Assembly (NCBI GenBank): GCA_001938485.1
Contig: MQRK01199881.1
Location: forward strand, 27,749 to 82,382
Reading direction: 5' to 3'
DNA from: Girardia tigrina
Taxonomy: Eukaryota
Length of the DNA stretch: 54,634 bases
The notes under the pieces are model-generated. The model was not told the DNA's origin, did not search any database, and was given only the letters and a program-made list of their open reading frames with translations. Position 1 is the stretch's first letter. Each line of letters begins with the position of its first letter. Position numbers and translations under genes: made by a program. Shown piece after piece: positions 38,252 through 50,146 of this stretch.

Positions 38252-39370
38252 TTAATACACAAACAAAAATATTTATTCTAAAAAACATGAAATTCAAAAT
38301 AATAATCACAATATTTTAAATATTATTAATAAATATACGCATAATATTAATAAAATAATAATAATACTAACAATGACTGTTGGGTTCTTGATCGAGATTA
38401 AGACTCATTAACACCAAAATTTTTATTTATAACACAATTAACAGTTATTCAAACAATTTTGAGTTAACAATTTTTTTAATAACAATTGTTTGTTGAGGAA
38501 CTTTTCTTCGTTTTCTTTTTGACCAGATTGGTATATAAAAATATGAAAATATAAATACTGATAAGTTATTTTAAAATTGAAATTTTTTATTCTATTTATT
38601 TTTGAAAATTTACATTTTCCATTTTATGCAATTTAATTTAAATTAAAACCAACATAATTTTGTAGTCATATTTTTACTAAAGTAACCAAAATGATTTTTT
38701 ATTATTTTAGAATTAGTTTAATGTTATTTTCTTTTATTTAGGAAAAATTTTTTTAGTAATTAAAGATTTTAACGTTTTATTTATAATCAATATTTCAGTT
38801 TAAAATCATTTTTACCTACAATTATTTTAAATAATATACAAATTTTAAATACAATATAATTCAAAAAATAATTTACAATATTCAAATTTTTATTATTAGA
38901 ATAACTTTTAAAATTAGTACAAACATAATTATCCTTGCCTTTATATATTTCTTTTAAATCAATTATTTAAAAATCCATTATTTCCCAATTAATTTCATTT
39001 TAAGTTTTTACTCTACAATTAAAATTTGATTATTTTCGAAAATAACTTTTTAAAATTAATTAATATTTTTTACTTAAATTTGCTTAAAAACTTTAAATAT
39101 TTCATTATTTTAGAGATTCTTTATAAAAATTAATTGTTTCAAAAATTTTGAGAGTGAGCCTTTCCTTCACAATGACAATATATAAATATTATTATGGAAT
39201 GTTTTGATGCTTTTGACAGCATCAATAGTTATTATTTTTGTGAATGAAAAACAATATTAAACAAAATAATAAGAACTACATTTATTAAAGTTTTAGCAAA
39301 GGCGACTGACTAAAGCGTTCTCTTTTGAAAATTTTGTTTAAATTCTTAACAGAAAGCATCAATATTTCTA

Positions 39371-40564
39371 TTAGGTTGTTCGATATGAAACGGGTCAAAC
39401 TTCACACCTTACATTTCAATCGCGTATAACTTAACTTTGAACTATCGTATGAAAATAAATAAGGTATTTCTTGACAGATATNNNNNNNNNNNNNNNNNNN
39501 NNNNNNNNNNNNNNNNNNNNNNNNNNNNNNNNNNNNNNNNNNNNNNNNNNNNNNNNNNNNNNNNNNNNNNNNNNNNNNNNNNNNNNNNNNNNNNNNNNNN
39601 NNNNNNNNNNNNNNNNNNNNNNNNNNNNNNNNNNNNNNNNNNNNNNNNNNNNNNNNNNNNNNNNNNNNNNNNNNNNNNNNNNNNNNNNNNNNNNNNNNNN
39701 NNNNNNNNNNNNNNNNNNNNNNNNNNNNNNNNNNNNNNNNNNNNNNNNNNNNNNNNNNNNNNNNNNNNNNNNNNNNNNNNNNNNNNNNNNNNNNNNNNNN
39801 NNNNNNNNNNNNNNNNNNNNNNNNNNNNNNNNNNNNNNNNNNNNNNNNNNNNNNNNNNNNNNNNNNNNNNNNNNNNNNNNNNNNNNNNNNNNNNNNNNNN
39901 NNNNNNNNNNNNNNNNNNNNNNNNNNNNNNNNNNNNNNNNNNNNNNNNNNNNNNNNNNNNNNNNNNNNNNNNNNNNNNNNNNNNNNNNNNNNNNNNNNNN
40001 NNNNNNNNNNNNNNNNNNNNNNNNNNNNNNNNNNNNNNNNNNNNNNNNNNNNNNNNNNNNNNNNNNNNNNNNNNNNNNNNNNNNNNNNNNNNNNNNNNNN
40101 NNNNNNNNNNNNNNNNNNNNNNNNNNNNNNNNNNNNNNNNNNNNNNNNNNNNNNNNNNNNNNNNNNNNNNNNNNNNNNNNNNNNNNNNNNNNNNNNNNNN
40201 NNNNNNNNNNNNNNNNNNNNNNNNNNNNNNNNNNNNNNNNNNNNNNNNNNNNNNNNNNNNNNNNNNNNNNNNNNNNNNNNNNNNNNNNNNNNNNNNNNNN
40301 NNNNNNNNNNNNNNNNNNNNNNNNNNNNNNNNNNNNNNNNNNNNNNNNNNNNNNNNNNNNNNNNNNNNNNNNNNNNNNNNNNNNNNNNNNNNNNNNNNNN
40401 NNNNNNNNNNNNNNNNNNNNNNNNNNNNNNNNNNNNNNNNNNNNNNNNNNNNNNNNNTTGACAACATGGGGGGATATTTTGATTAAAAATAAAATGTTAT
40501 TATTTAAAAAAAATCGATTTACATTTTACTTTAATTTTGACCCGTTTCATATCGAACAACCTAA
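39371..40564 (+). mobile_element. Young mariner with perfect TIRs; interior is an assembly gap
   Basis: ttaggttgttcgatatgaaacgggtcaaa and its exact reverse complement, TA on both sides; transposase end DNMGGYFD*. Confidence 0.9.
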
Positions 40565-40689
40565 TATTATTATTATATTGTTTAAATCCCAAATATTAAA
40601 GGACTTTTTGAATTTTTATAAAATAAAATTGTAAAACTTATATTATTTTGGATTTAAACAATATAATGATAGTATAAATAATAGCGCCC

Positions 40690-42424
40690 CAATAAAAGTT
40701 TCTTTAGGCTTACATATTTGTTTTTTTAAGCTTCTGGTTGTCGAAATCCGGCTTGAAAACGTTCATATTCTATTTCCATTTGATTTTGTTCCTTTTTAAA
40801 ATGTTCCACTATTTTAAAAATTGAGGGATGGTTGCACTCCACGGTTTGTTGAAAGGCTCTATGCCAACCTTCAACTGAATTATTGGTACGCGGAAAATCA
40901 CTATTAACTCTACCAAACATATTCCAAACGTTTATTGGAAATATTGGTACTACTCTACGGTTGTGTCTCATTCTTTCAATATAATTATCCTCCAAATAAT
41001 TAGGGAAATAGTCACAATATTCAAGAACTTTAAATAAAGTGGATGGAAAAGTTCTTGATGGAGAACAAATTTTCCATTTTTTGTACCATGTTGTAGTTTC
41101 AATTTGCAATTTTTTTATATTGTATTGTGCACCACATTTTTAAGTGTTCACAAAATATCGTTTCGTCTAATTTTATAATGTTTCTTGTGAAACACTACTT
41201 TCGTATGCTTTGTGTATGTATGTGATTTTCTTTCCTTTTGTACAAAGTCTTGGTTTGATTAGTTGTTCTTTGTACATAGGGATTCCTGTGTGTGAGGAAT
41301 GTGATGTATTATAGAGTTGGTTGAATATTAGAGATTTTACTTTTTCTTGACGTCGAAATTGAAAACAATAGTCTTTCTCCGCCTCATTGTACAAAAATGA
41401 ATCGAAATATAAATCCATTATACATCATATATAATGGATTTATATTTCGATTCATTTTTGTACAATGAGGCGGAGAAAGACTATTGTTTTCAATTTCGAC
41501 GTCAAGAAAAAGTAAAATCTCCAATATTCAACCAGCTCTAAGTATCGCGCAAAATTTGTGATATTGAAATTAAAGTTATTAACACTTCCAAATTATCTCG
41601 TCCAGCATGCGGAGACACAACCGAAGAATTTGGACTGAGACTTTTTAAAGATGATATGTCAGTCTTATTTTTCTGGACTTGTAATTGCGGCCCGAAGTGG
41701 CGTCTCTTTTTATGTCAAAACACAGTGACTACATTGATAAAGTTAAAGAATATGTTATAATATAAGAATATAATATAATATATAATATATAATATGTAAT
41801 ATATAATATATAAGAAAATATAATATATATATATATAGATGAGAAAAAAAATCAATAAAAATATTGATTGATTAACTCAAGAATAACTAATTACCGAATT
41901 ACCGACGACTTATAATTGGAATTTTTGTTCGGTTTCGCGGTTGTGATTAATGTATGGTTTATATTTTTTTTTATTAAAGAGTTGTTAAAATTTTGTTTTC
42001 TTTTGTTTTCTGATCAGCTTAGTTTTTTTTGTCATACGATAATTATTTCTAATTGTAAAAGCAGCGAATAAATTAATTTAATTTATTCACTATTAAATTC
42101 GCTGCTTTTAATATTCAAGAACTTTTAATAAAGAGGATGGAAAATTTCTTGATGGAGAACAAATTTTCCATTTTTTGTACCATGTTGTAGTTTCAATTTG
42201 CATTTTTTTTATATTGTATTGTGCACCACATTTTTAAGTGTTCACAAAATATCGTTTCGTCTAATTTTATAATGTTTCTAATTAAAATATTTTTCTTGTT
42301 AAAAAGTTTTTTGACTCTCAAAATTAATTCATTTAAGAATTAGTTCAGTTAAGAATTTAAACAAAAATTTTAAAAAGTGGGCAATTTTTCCAGGGCGTTT
42401 TTGTCGGGGCTTTTGTCGGCTACC
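40690..42424 (-). mobile_element. Second MULE family, internally deleted and rearranged
   Basis: FPINVWN..PRTNNSVEGWHRAF..HPSIFKIVEHFKKEQ; TIR-like ttttgtcgg subrepeats ending ctacc at 42424; ~145-bp direct duplication 41041-41184 / 42135-42279. Confidence 0.8.
41312..41540. repeat. Long palindrome, ~110-bp arms with 7-nt spacer
   Basis: Arms 41312-41422 and 41430-41540, about 2 mismatches. Confidence 0.92.
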
Positions 42425-42429
42425 ATTAG

Positions 42430-42960
42430 CAAATAAGACTATGCGAAGAATGTTTGGAAAATTGAAGCAAGTGTAATTGATAAAGCATGGAAATATATAA
42501 AGAAAGAAACGTTTGAAGACAAGCTTCGAGAAAATTTAGTCTGATCCATTGAAGACAAAGGTACCAGTGAGAAATTCTTGAATTTATCTTGAATCACGTA
42601 ATCCAAACAGAAAAATATGAAGAATCAGTGACTGGGTAAAAATATAATCCAGTTGGGTTTAATATATTTAAAACTATCAATGAGTTTCAAAGTATTGGTA
42701 TTTATAGTAAAAGTAACATATCACTTATTAAGACTGTAGTAATAGATTATAAGAAGAATGTTTGGAAAATTTAACGATGAGTAATTGATAAAGTATGGAA
42801 ATTTATAAAGAAAGAAAAGTTTGAAAACAAGTTAAGAGAAAGTTTAGTGTGATCCATTGGACACAGAGTTACAAAAGAAGAAAGGAGGGTTTTTTCAATA
42901 GATTTATGGAAGGCAGAAAATATTTCGTAAAAGAAGTTAGCTAAAAATTCATCTCGCAAA
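42430..42960 (+). mobile_element. Duplicated decayed Gypsy gag-pol junction pieces
   Basis: gaagaatgtttggaaaatt..gtaattgataaag..aaagaaag occurs twice; resembles 48150-48260. Confidence 0.5.
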
Positions 42961-44277
42961 GTAGTTTATTTAGAAAATTCAAATTTAATATTATTGAAAT
43001 AATTTAAAATTAAATTTTTTGATTAATTAAAAATTCCAAACCATAAATAGAATTAAAAATGGCAATTAACAATTACAATTATTAAAACATGTTCATTCAA
43101 TATTTTAAAGGAATATATTAAAACTAAAAAAGGTAATGTAAAACCTCACAAAAATGGAACCAAGTTAATCTAAAACTTTTTAAACAGAAAAAATTAAAAA
43201 AAAATTTTAAAAATACCCCAAAAAAATTTATGTATAAAAAAAATAAACTAAATATTATTTATTATATTAAATATTATTTATTTATATTAAACTAAATATT
43301 ATACTAAAAATAAATAAACATAAAACTTAAATATATATGTTTTATTCGATATTACATAAAATAAATATAAACACATTTTAAAATATTTAACTGAAATAAA
43401 TATCGATTTTTTTTAAATAAAAGGAGAAAAAAATACAAATAACAAAAGTTTTTAAAGAAAAAGAGATTAAAATTTATTTAAACATATGTGTTTTCATTAA
43501 AATATAATCATCATGAATTCTAGTTCGAATATTGAAAACAATATAAATATGACTAACATTTCGTATGCCATAAGACTGGGCTGACCCAGTGTAAAAGTAA
43601 GAATATAACGTATCATGAATGATTATCTATTAGAAAGAGGTACATGAGAAATTTTAATTAGCAAAAAGATTTTTAAGAAAGTAATAGATGTAAACACAAA
43701 TGGACAGACATTAGATTGCGTTGGGAAAACAATATTGTACTGGATTGTGTGGGTAAAATATCCGTACGAAAAAGATAAAGAAAAACGAAAAAAGGTAACT
43801 GCCATTGTAGTAACCGACATAAATTCAGAAATAGTAGAGGAATGAAGTTGCAGATGGTGTTCAGAACTGAATTACGTTGGAGGAGAAAGGGTCAGAGGTA
43901 AATGAACAATTTTATCAAGTATTCAACTTAGAAGCCGAATATGGTTGAAAGGTAACAAAAGTGGATCGATTCAAAAGATAACACATTCGACAAAATGGTA
44001 ATTCATGAAATATATAATAAAAAAAATATAATAATTGTTAACAATTATAATTTTGAGCTTTTAAATAATTTTTAATATTTCAATTGGTGTGAAGTTACTG
44101 TTTTTAATGATTTATAATAATTTTTTTAATGATTAAATGTTTTGGTATCGTTTATAAATAAAAATTATTTTAGAATGAAAAAGATTAAATTAAAATCGGA
44201 TTAAACATTATGTTTAATTGTGAGTTTTAAAAAATATAATAATATTATATTAAAAAATATTATAATATTATTGATAT

Positions 44278-44450
44278 TTAACTATTAAAGATTATTCTTG
44301 CTCCTGTATCTAATAAAACGTCTTTTATAATTCGTTGTATCTTTATTTTTACGCTTGGTTGACATTGCATTTTATCGTACAAAATATTTTCTACTCTCCA
44401 TTCATTTATGGTTAGAATCTTCGCTTCTTCATTAGTCTTTTTATTCCTTG
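44278..44450 (-). mobile_element. Gypsy protease fragment
   Basis: ILYDKMQCQPSVKIKIQ..LLDTGAR, similar to 48249-48515. Confidence 0.7.
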
Positions 44451-44799
44451 GTGAAAACATCCATCGCATGGTTTCAAAGTCAGGAAAAAACGTTATGAAG
44501 GATATCATCAAATATTTATTTTCTCTAACGTACATTCATCAAGCTACAATCTTTGTCTAATAACCAATTTTCAAGTCCTGGGTATCAACCATTGCATCGT
44601 TACACTTAGTACAAATGTTGCTTTTTAAAGGGTAGAGAACAATTTGAAACACTTACTCAATTTCGCTTTTATTTCGCAACCTTAAAATGTTCTTTTGTGG
44701 TGCACAAAACTTTATGAGGTGTTTGTGGAGTAAAGTCTGCCCATTTTTTGACCATTTCTTCGAAGATTAAAATTTTGTTCACATTTTGTACTGTAATTA

Positions 44800-46130
44800 A
44801 TGCTTCGTTGTTCAAAATTTCACAAAAATTAAAATTTAGAAACTTTCATATCTTTGATGTAGCATAAAGGGAATTATCATCTAAATATAAAAGAAAATTA
44901 CTTGTAAAAAACTGAATAATCTAGTTTATCTTTATCTTTACAATTATCAAATTCTTCATTTAAACTTTTTTACTTTCTTCAGCTTCGAGAGTTGTATGAT
45001 ATTCAAATTTGGGTTCGGTAAATTTATTATGCGTCACTACATGGCGATTACCATGTACCCCAACCATTCCTCCTCTTGTTCCTTTTTCAAAGGAAAGGAA
45101 CATATCATAGGTTTTTTCACTAAAGTGTTTTAAATGGACTTTGGTGAATTTCATTCCAGCTTGGAATGTGAATCCAGGGGTTGAATAACAGTAACAGGGA
45201 TCTATTTCATAATACTCCATACACATTTCTCTGAAATTTTCAAATAAATCTTCTAATAGCAATACATCGGTTTTCATGTATTGAAGGACATAATCTTTCA
45301 TCGTATTACATCCGAGATCAACCCAATTTTGTTTGGCAATTTCATATTGCTTTGGTTTTATTAATTTTTTCTTTATAATATTATAAAAATGCTTATATTC
45401 TGGAATATGATCTTCATCCAGAATTTTCTTAATATCATCAAATTATAAGGGAATATCCCTATTTTAGGAAGATTTTTCTTTTGGTTATCATCAAAAAATA
45501 ATAAATTATTCCTCCTATGAAAATTGGCGTTGTATTCATTTAAAAATTTAGCTAGTCCGGCTAATTTTCCTCTAAGAAAATTCCTTGCGACAAGGAATCT
45601 CAAACATCCTACTTCAAGAGATATATAATCTTCAGATGTTTTGGCTAAGACTTTGAATTTAATTTTATTGGTATAACATTTTGCCAACAATTCACATATG
45701 AATAGATGGTTATCATATTTTGAATTGTTGAAAAATAATACTGGGATGAAATTAATCTTTTTTGCATTTAAATTGCAAGAATTGTGGGCTGCACCACGGA
45801 ATTTCAGTAATCTCTGACTTTCATTTTAGGGGAACGATAGAGGTTGTTTGCATTCGAAGAATTTCTTCATTACTTAAATTGAAAACCTCTTTACAAAAAT
45901 GGCATATTTCTGCCCCATTAAAATCCATCTCATCTTGTGGGGTCATTTGTAAAGGAATATTTATATTATTTAGTATCTCTGTATATTTCTTATTTATATT
46001 TAATAAATAATCCACATACTCTGATACTTCATGTTCACCAATGAAATCCTTGTAGTAATCTTCTTCAATCTCAGGTATTTCACTGTGAAAAGAGATTCCA
46101 CATATTAATGCTTTTTGGGTATATATTTCT
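44800..46130 (-). mobile_element. Polinton/Maverick protein-primed DNA polymerase B pseudogene
   Basis: CHFCKEVF, AAHNSCNLN, SKYDNHLF, YMKTDVLLLEDLFENFREMCMEYYEIDPCYCYSTPGFTFQA, EKGTRGG, LLYLDDNSLY; frameshifted. Confidence 0.88.
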
Positions 46131-46366
46131 TTTCTATTTTCATTTTCTTATAATTCAATTTTTTTATTACTTAATATTGGATTATTTAAATTGCATCTTT
46201 GATTTAAATATTTAGCATTAACATATNNNNNNNNNNNNNNNNNNNNNNNNNNNNNNNNNNNNNNNNNNNNNNNNNNNNNNNNNNNNNNNNNNNNNNNNNN
46301 NNNNNNNNNNNNNNNNNNNNNNNNNNNNNNNNNNNNNNNNNNNNNNNNNNNNNNNNNNNNNNNNNA

Positions 46367-48515
46367 TTCACAATAAATTGTATGAGGGGTTAATTTAAAT
46401 TTTTATCTCGCCTGAATAGTTTATTATTTTTTTTAATTTAAAGGGTAAAATATTTTTATGTTAATATGCTTATTCAATATTTTAAAATTAAAAATGATAT
46501 AATAAAAGAAAATCATAAAAAATAAAATATCTATTTAAAAATAAAACATCTTTTAATGTATCTATTAAATATCTTAAAATTAAAAATGCCAAGAAAACAA
46601 AAATATTAAATATTTATTTATAAATAAAAATATTTTTAATAAGCAATTTTAAATAAACTTTGAAATAATTTTTGAAAATAAAGTTTAAATAATTTTTGAA
46701 ATAAATTTTCGAAATAAATTTTCAGGATTTTAAAAATTAAATCGAAAAGAATTTAATAGATTAATTTGGGTCGAGATAATTAAATTAACAGGAAAATTTG
46801 TTTTAAATATGTGAATAGTTATAGAAATAAATTTTGGTGTTAAAAAAATGAATCCTGATATTGAGGTTGCAACCACTTCTCGCATGGCGACTAACGCTGC
46901 AATGGATATCTTCACTGGTCAACTGTTACCTGAAAAGTACAGGAAAGGTGATAATGTGGAGACATTTATTGAAGAATGTGAAACATTCTTTAATTTTGCA
47001 GGAATAGCAAAGGCCAAACAAGAGACCATAGTCGTTTGTTTATTGGACAGAGATCTGAAAGATCGATACAAAGCGGTAGAGAAGACAATAGTAGGTTATA
47101 AAGACCGATTGAGAAAGGCATTCTCTCGAACTTCCTCACTATTCGAAGACCTGGCTGAGGTATGCCGGTACAGGATGAAAGAAGATATACCGGAAGTATT
47201 TTTTGAGAAAGTAGAAAAGCTCGCAGCCAAGATCTTGAAACATGACTTGTCAAAAGAGGCCCTCACGGAAGCATTATTGTTACATTGTTGTGATGATTTG
47301 GACATAAAAAAGGAAGTGAGACTTAAGAAAGTGGAAGGAACAGATGAGATAAAAGAAAATATAAAGGTATTACATGACGTCAAAAGTGTGACAGAAGACG
47401 TGAATGTAGTAAGAGACCAGAGGATGCAAAACAGACGCCGGAGTTACAGAGAAGCAGTAACAGGAGACAGTAAATACAGACAAAATCAGACAGGGGTTGG
47501 TAAAAGTAATATAGAATACGCTCAAGGCATGAAAGCGGTTAAATGTAGAAATTGTGAAAAAGTAGATCACACAAGTGAAACTTGTAGTCAAAGAAAGCCA
47601 ATCAAGTGTTTCGGATGTGGAAAAGAAGGACACATTATAAGAAATTGTTCGGAAAGGAGACCAATAAAATGTTATGGTTGTGGACAACAGGGACACGTAA
47701 GAAGAAACTGTCCAAACATCGAATGCAAAAGATGTCAAGATAAATGGCACAGTGAAAGTGAATGTTATACAAACCTTAATGGCAGAAGAAGACAACAAAA
47801 TACAGGGGACAATAACTTCCGATGATCGGGCTACAATCAACAAAGATATAGAGATAGAGAAGACAGAAGACTAGGAGATAATCGGAGATTCGTGAATAAC
47901 ATTGAAGAAGGATATGAAGAATCGGTTACAGGAAGTGAACACCCAAAAGGCAACGCCTCGACAGAAGTGGAGCCAGTCGGGGCAATAAATTAAAGGATAC
48001 CAGCGACTCCCAAAGTATTGGTATTTATAGNNNNNNNNNNNNNNNNNNNNNNNNNNNNNNNNNNNNNNNNNNNNNNNNNNAGCGACTCCCAAAGTATTGG
48101 TATTTATAGTAGAAGTAATATATCAAATATTATAGACGTAGTGATAGACGATGAAAGGAATGTTGAGATAAATGAAGCAAGAGTAAATGATAAAGTACGA
48201 AAATTTATAAAGAAATAAACTTTTGAGAACAAGCTTGGACGATGTTTAGTGGGAACAATTGAAGAAGAGAACACAGAAGAAAATGCCAGGATTTTGTCAA
48301 TAGATGAATGTAAAGCAGAAAATATATCGTATGATAGAATGCAAGGCCGGCCGAGTATAAAGCTGATGATACAAGGTAACGTGGAGGATTGTTTATTAGA
48401 CACAGGTGCAAGAGTAAATGTAATCCACAGAAAGATTTTTGAGAAACTAACGAACGTAAAATTAGAAAAGGCAGATATTAAATTAAACTGTGCGAACAGT
48501 AGTCAACTAGATTGA
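46367..48515 (+). mobile_element. Ty3/Gypsy 5' part: LTR (to 46884), PBS, gag, protease; truncated
   Basis: LTR end ca then tggcgactaacgc PBS; gag ORF; CLLDTGARVNVI protease. Confidence 0.9.
46902..47825 (+). CDS. gag: Retrotransposon Gag with four CX2CX4HX4C zinc knuckles
   Basis: CRNCEKVDHTSETC, CFGCGKEGHIIRNC, CYGCGQQGHVRRNC, CKRCQDKWHSESEC; in-frame ATG just after the PBS. Confidence 0.85.
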   Translation: MDIFTGQLLPEKYRKGDNVETFIEECETFFNFAGIAKAKQETIVVCLLDRDLKDRYKAVEKTIVGYKDRLRKAFSRTSSLFEDLAEVCRYRMKEDIPEVFFEKVEKLAAKILKHDLSKEALTEALLLHCCDDLDIKKEVRLKKVEGTDEIKENIKVLHDVKSVTEDVNVVRDQRMQNRRRSYREAVTGDSKYRQNQTGVGKSNIEYAQGMKAVKCRNCEKVDHTSETCSQRKPIKCFGCGKEGHIIRNCSERRPIKCYGCGQQGHVRRNCPNIECKRCQDKWHSESECYTNLNGRRRQQNTGDNNFR

Positions 48516-48953
48516 TATTAGAATTTGCTTGGATTTTAGACAGTTAAACCTAGTCACGGAGAGACAGGCATTTCCTATGCCAAATATGATAGAAATGATG
48601 GAAATTTTATGGAACCAGATATTTCACATCATGGTAAATTTTTTTCCAGGAATTTTTTATATACAACTTTTTTTGCATTTTTATTTTTTAAAATTTTAAA
48701 TTTTTTTTCTAAATTTTTTTTCGATTTTATTAATTTAAAAATTTATTCAAAATTCATTGATTTTCATCAATTTTATACAATTATTTTTTCAAATTTCATA
48801 ATTAATATAATTTTGTTTTTTAAAATTTCATAAAATTATAGATCACCACCCAAGAATTACAGATTACTACCCAAGAAAATAGATTCTTATCAAAAATTAT
48901 CAAAAAATCATTGATTTTGCCCTATTTTCACTATTTTTATTCAAAATTTTCAT

Positions 48954-49007
48954 TAAATTATAGATCATTATCGAAGATTATAATCTTCGGTAATGATCTA
49001 TAATTTA
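48954..49007. repeat. 54-bp near-perfect spacerless palindrome
   Basis: taaattatagatcattatcgaagatta|taatcttcggtaatgatctataattta, one mismatch; made from local ~21-bp tagatc subrepeats. Confidence 0.85.
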
Positions 49008-49060
49008 CGCATACTATAATACACATACGTTTCTGAAGCATTTACTATCATATGTTTTAG

Positions 49061-49359
49061 GGAGACATTAGAGGTGTAGTATAAGTGGGAGACTTCGGTC
49101 AACAATGAAATACCACTACTCTGATTGTTTCTTTGCTTACTCAGTAATGCAGCACAGTTGACTTTGGTTAATTTGTTGTGGAGAAAAGGGAGTGATCTTC
49201 GGATGCTCTCGAGCTGTTCTGAGGACAGTATCAGATTGGGAGTTTGACTGGGGCGGTACATCTGTCAAATGGTAACGCAGGTGTCCCAAGGTGAGCTCAA
49301 CCAGGACAGAAACCTGGTGTAGACCAAAAGGGGAAAAGCTCACTTGATTTTGATTTTCA
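49061..49359 (+). rRNA. Dispersed 28S (LSU) rRNA fragment / pseudogene, domain V region
   Basis: gaggtgtag.ataagtgggag, gaaataccactac, gggagtttgactggggcggtacatctgtcaaa.ggtaacgcaggtgtcc, ggacagaaacc, cttgattttgattttca are conserved eukaryotic LSU segments. Confidence 0.93.
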
Positions 49360-50146
49360 AAATTGATCATACCCAGGATTTTCCCATTATTGGGTTTGGA
49401 AGTGGTCTAAGTCCCGATAAACATTCTACTCCCATGCCACATTTTTTCTTTCTTCACCATCAGTGTCAGTTCACTGCATTGACTTATTAAGGTTTCCAGT
49501 GACTAAAATAATCTTAGATTTTCAATCTAAATATTTTTCAAAATAATTTCATAACAATTTTCAAAAAATACATGATTAAATTGAAACAATAATTCCTTAA
49601 TATACGTGGGGTACTCGTTGCTTTAAGTTGTCGACTTCATCTTAACATATACTTCTGTTTTCAACTCGCAAAATATCTGGTGCTGAAATAGTTAAACTTA
49701 ATGTGGTTACCTCGAAGATATTTGATAGTGATTTTGGTATCCTTAAAATCTTTCACAATACTTTCCAAATCAGATTAATTATTTTTTATTATATCTGTTG
49801 TGATAATTAAATTAATATCAACACATATTTATATTTAAATTCATATCTCTACATATAAGTATATAAAGGATTCATTACCTTGTTGTGAATCACAACTTGT
49901 GATGTTGGTCTTTAAATAATCGAAATTTGTAATAAATTATGAAGTTTTGATTGGCTTATTTGATTTAAATCTTTTAAATTTAATTTATTTAAATTTTTTA
50001 ATTAACTATTATTATATTTAATTATAAATATCTTTATAATACAGATTATTTTGCAAACGTGATTTTAATATTTTTATTTTTACCGTTATTACTACCATAA
50101 ATAAAGTTATAAAATTTTTTATAAAGTAATCTCAGAAAATTGTAAT

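Noticed and set aside
39437-40634. Long ORFs of 341-387 aa in the ORF track
   Set aside because: They consist of X residues from an N gap; the same applies at 29585-29977 and 15060-15392
48001-48110. Direct repeat agcgactcccaaagtattggtatttatag on both sides of a gap
   Set aside because: Typical overlapping contig ends at a scaffold gap
48609-48833. Phe-rich membrane-like ORF
   Set aside because: Low-complexity T-rich DNA
48998-49370. Two minus-strand ORFs of 77-87 aa
   Set aside because: Antisense to the 28S rRNA fragment
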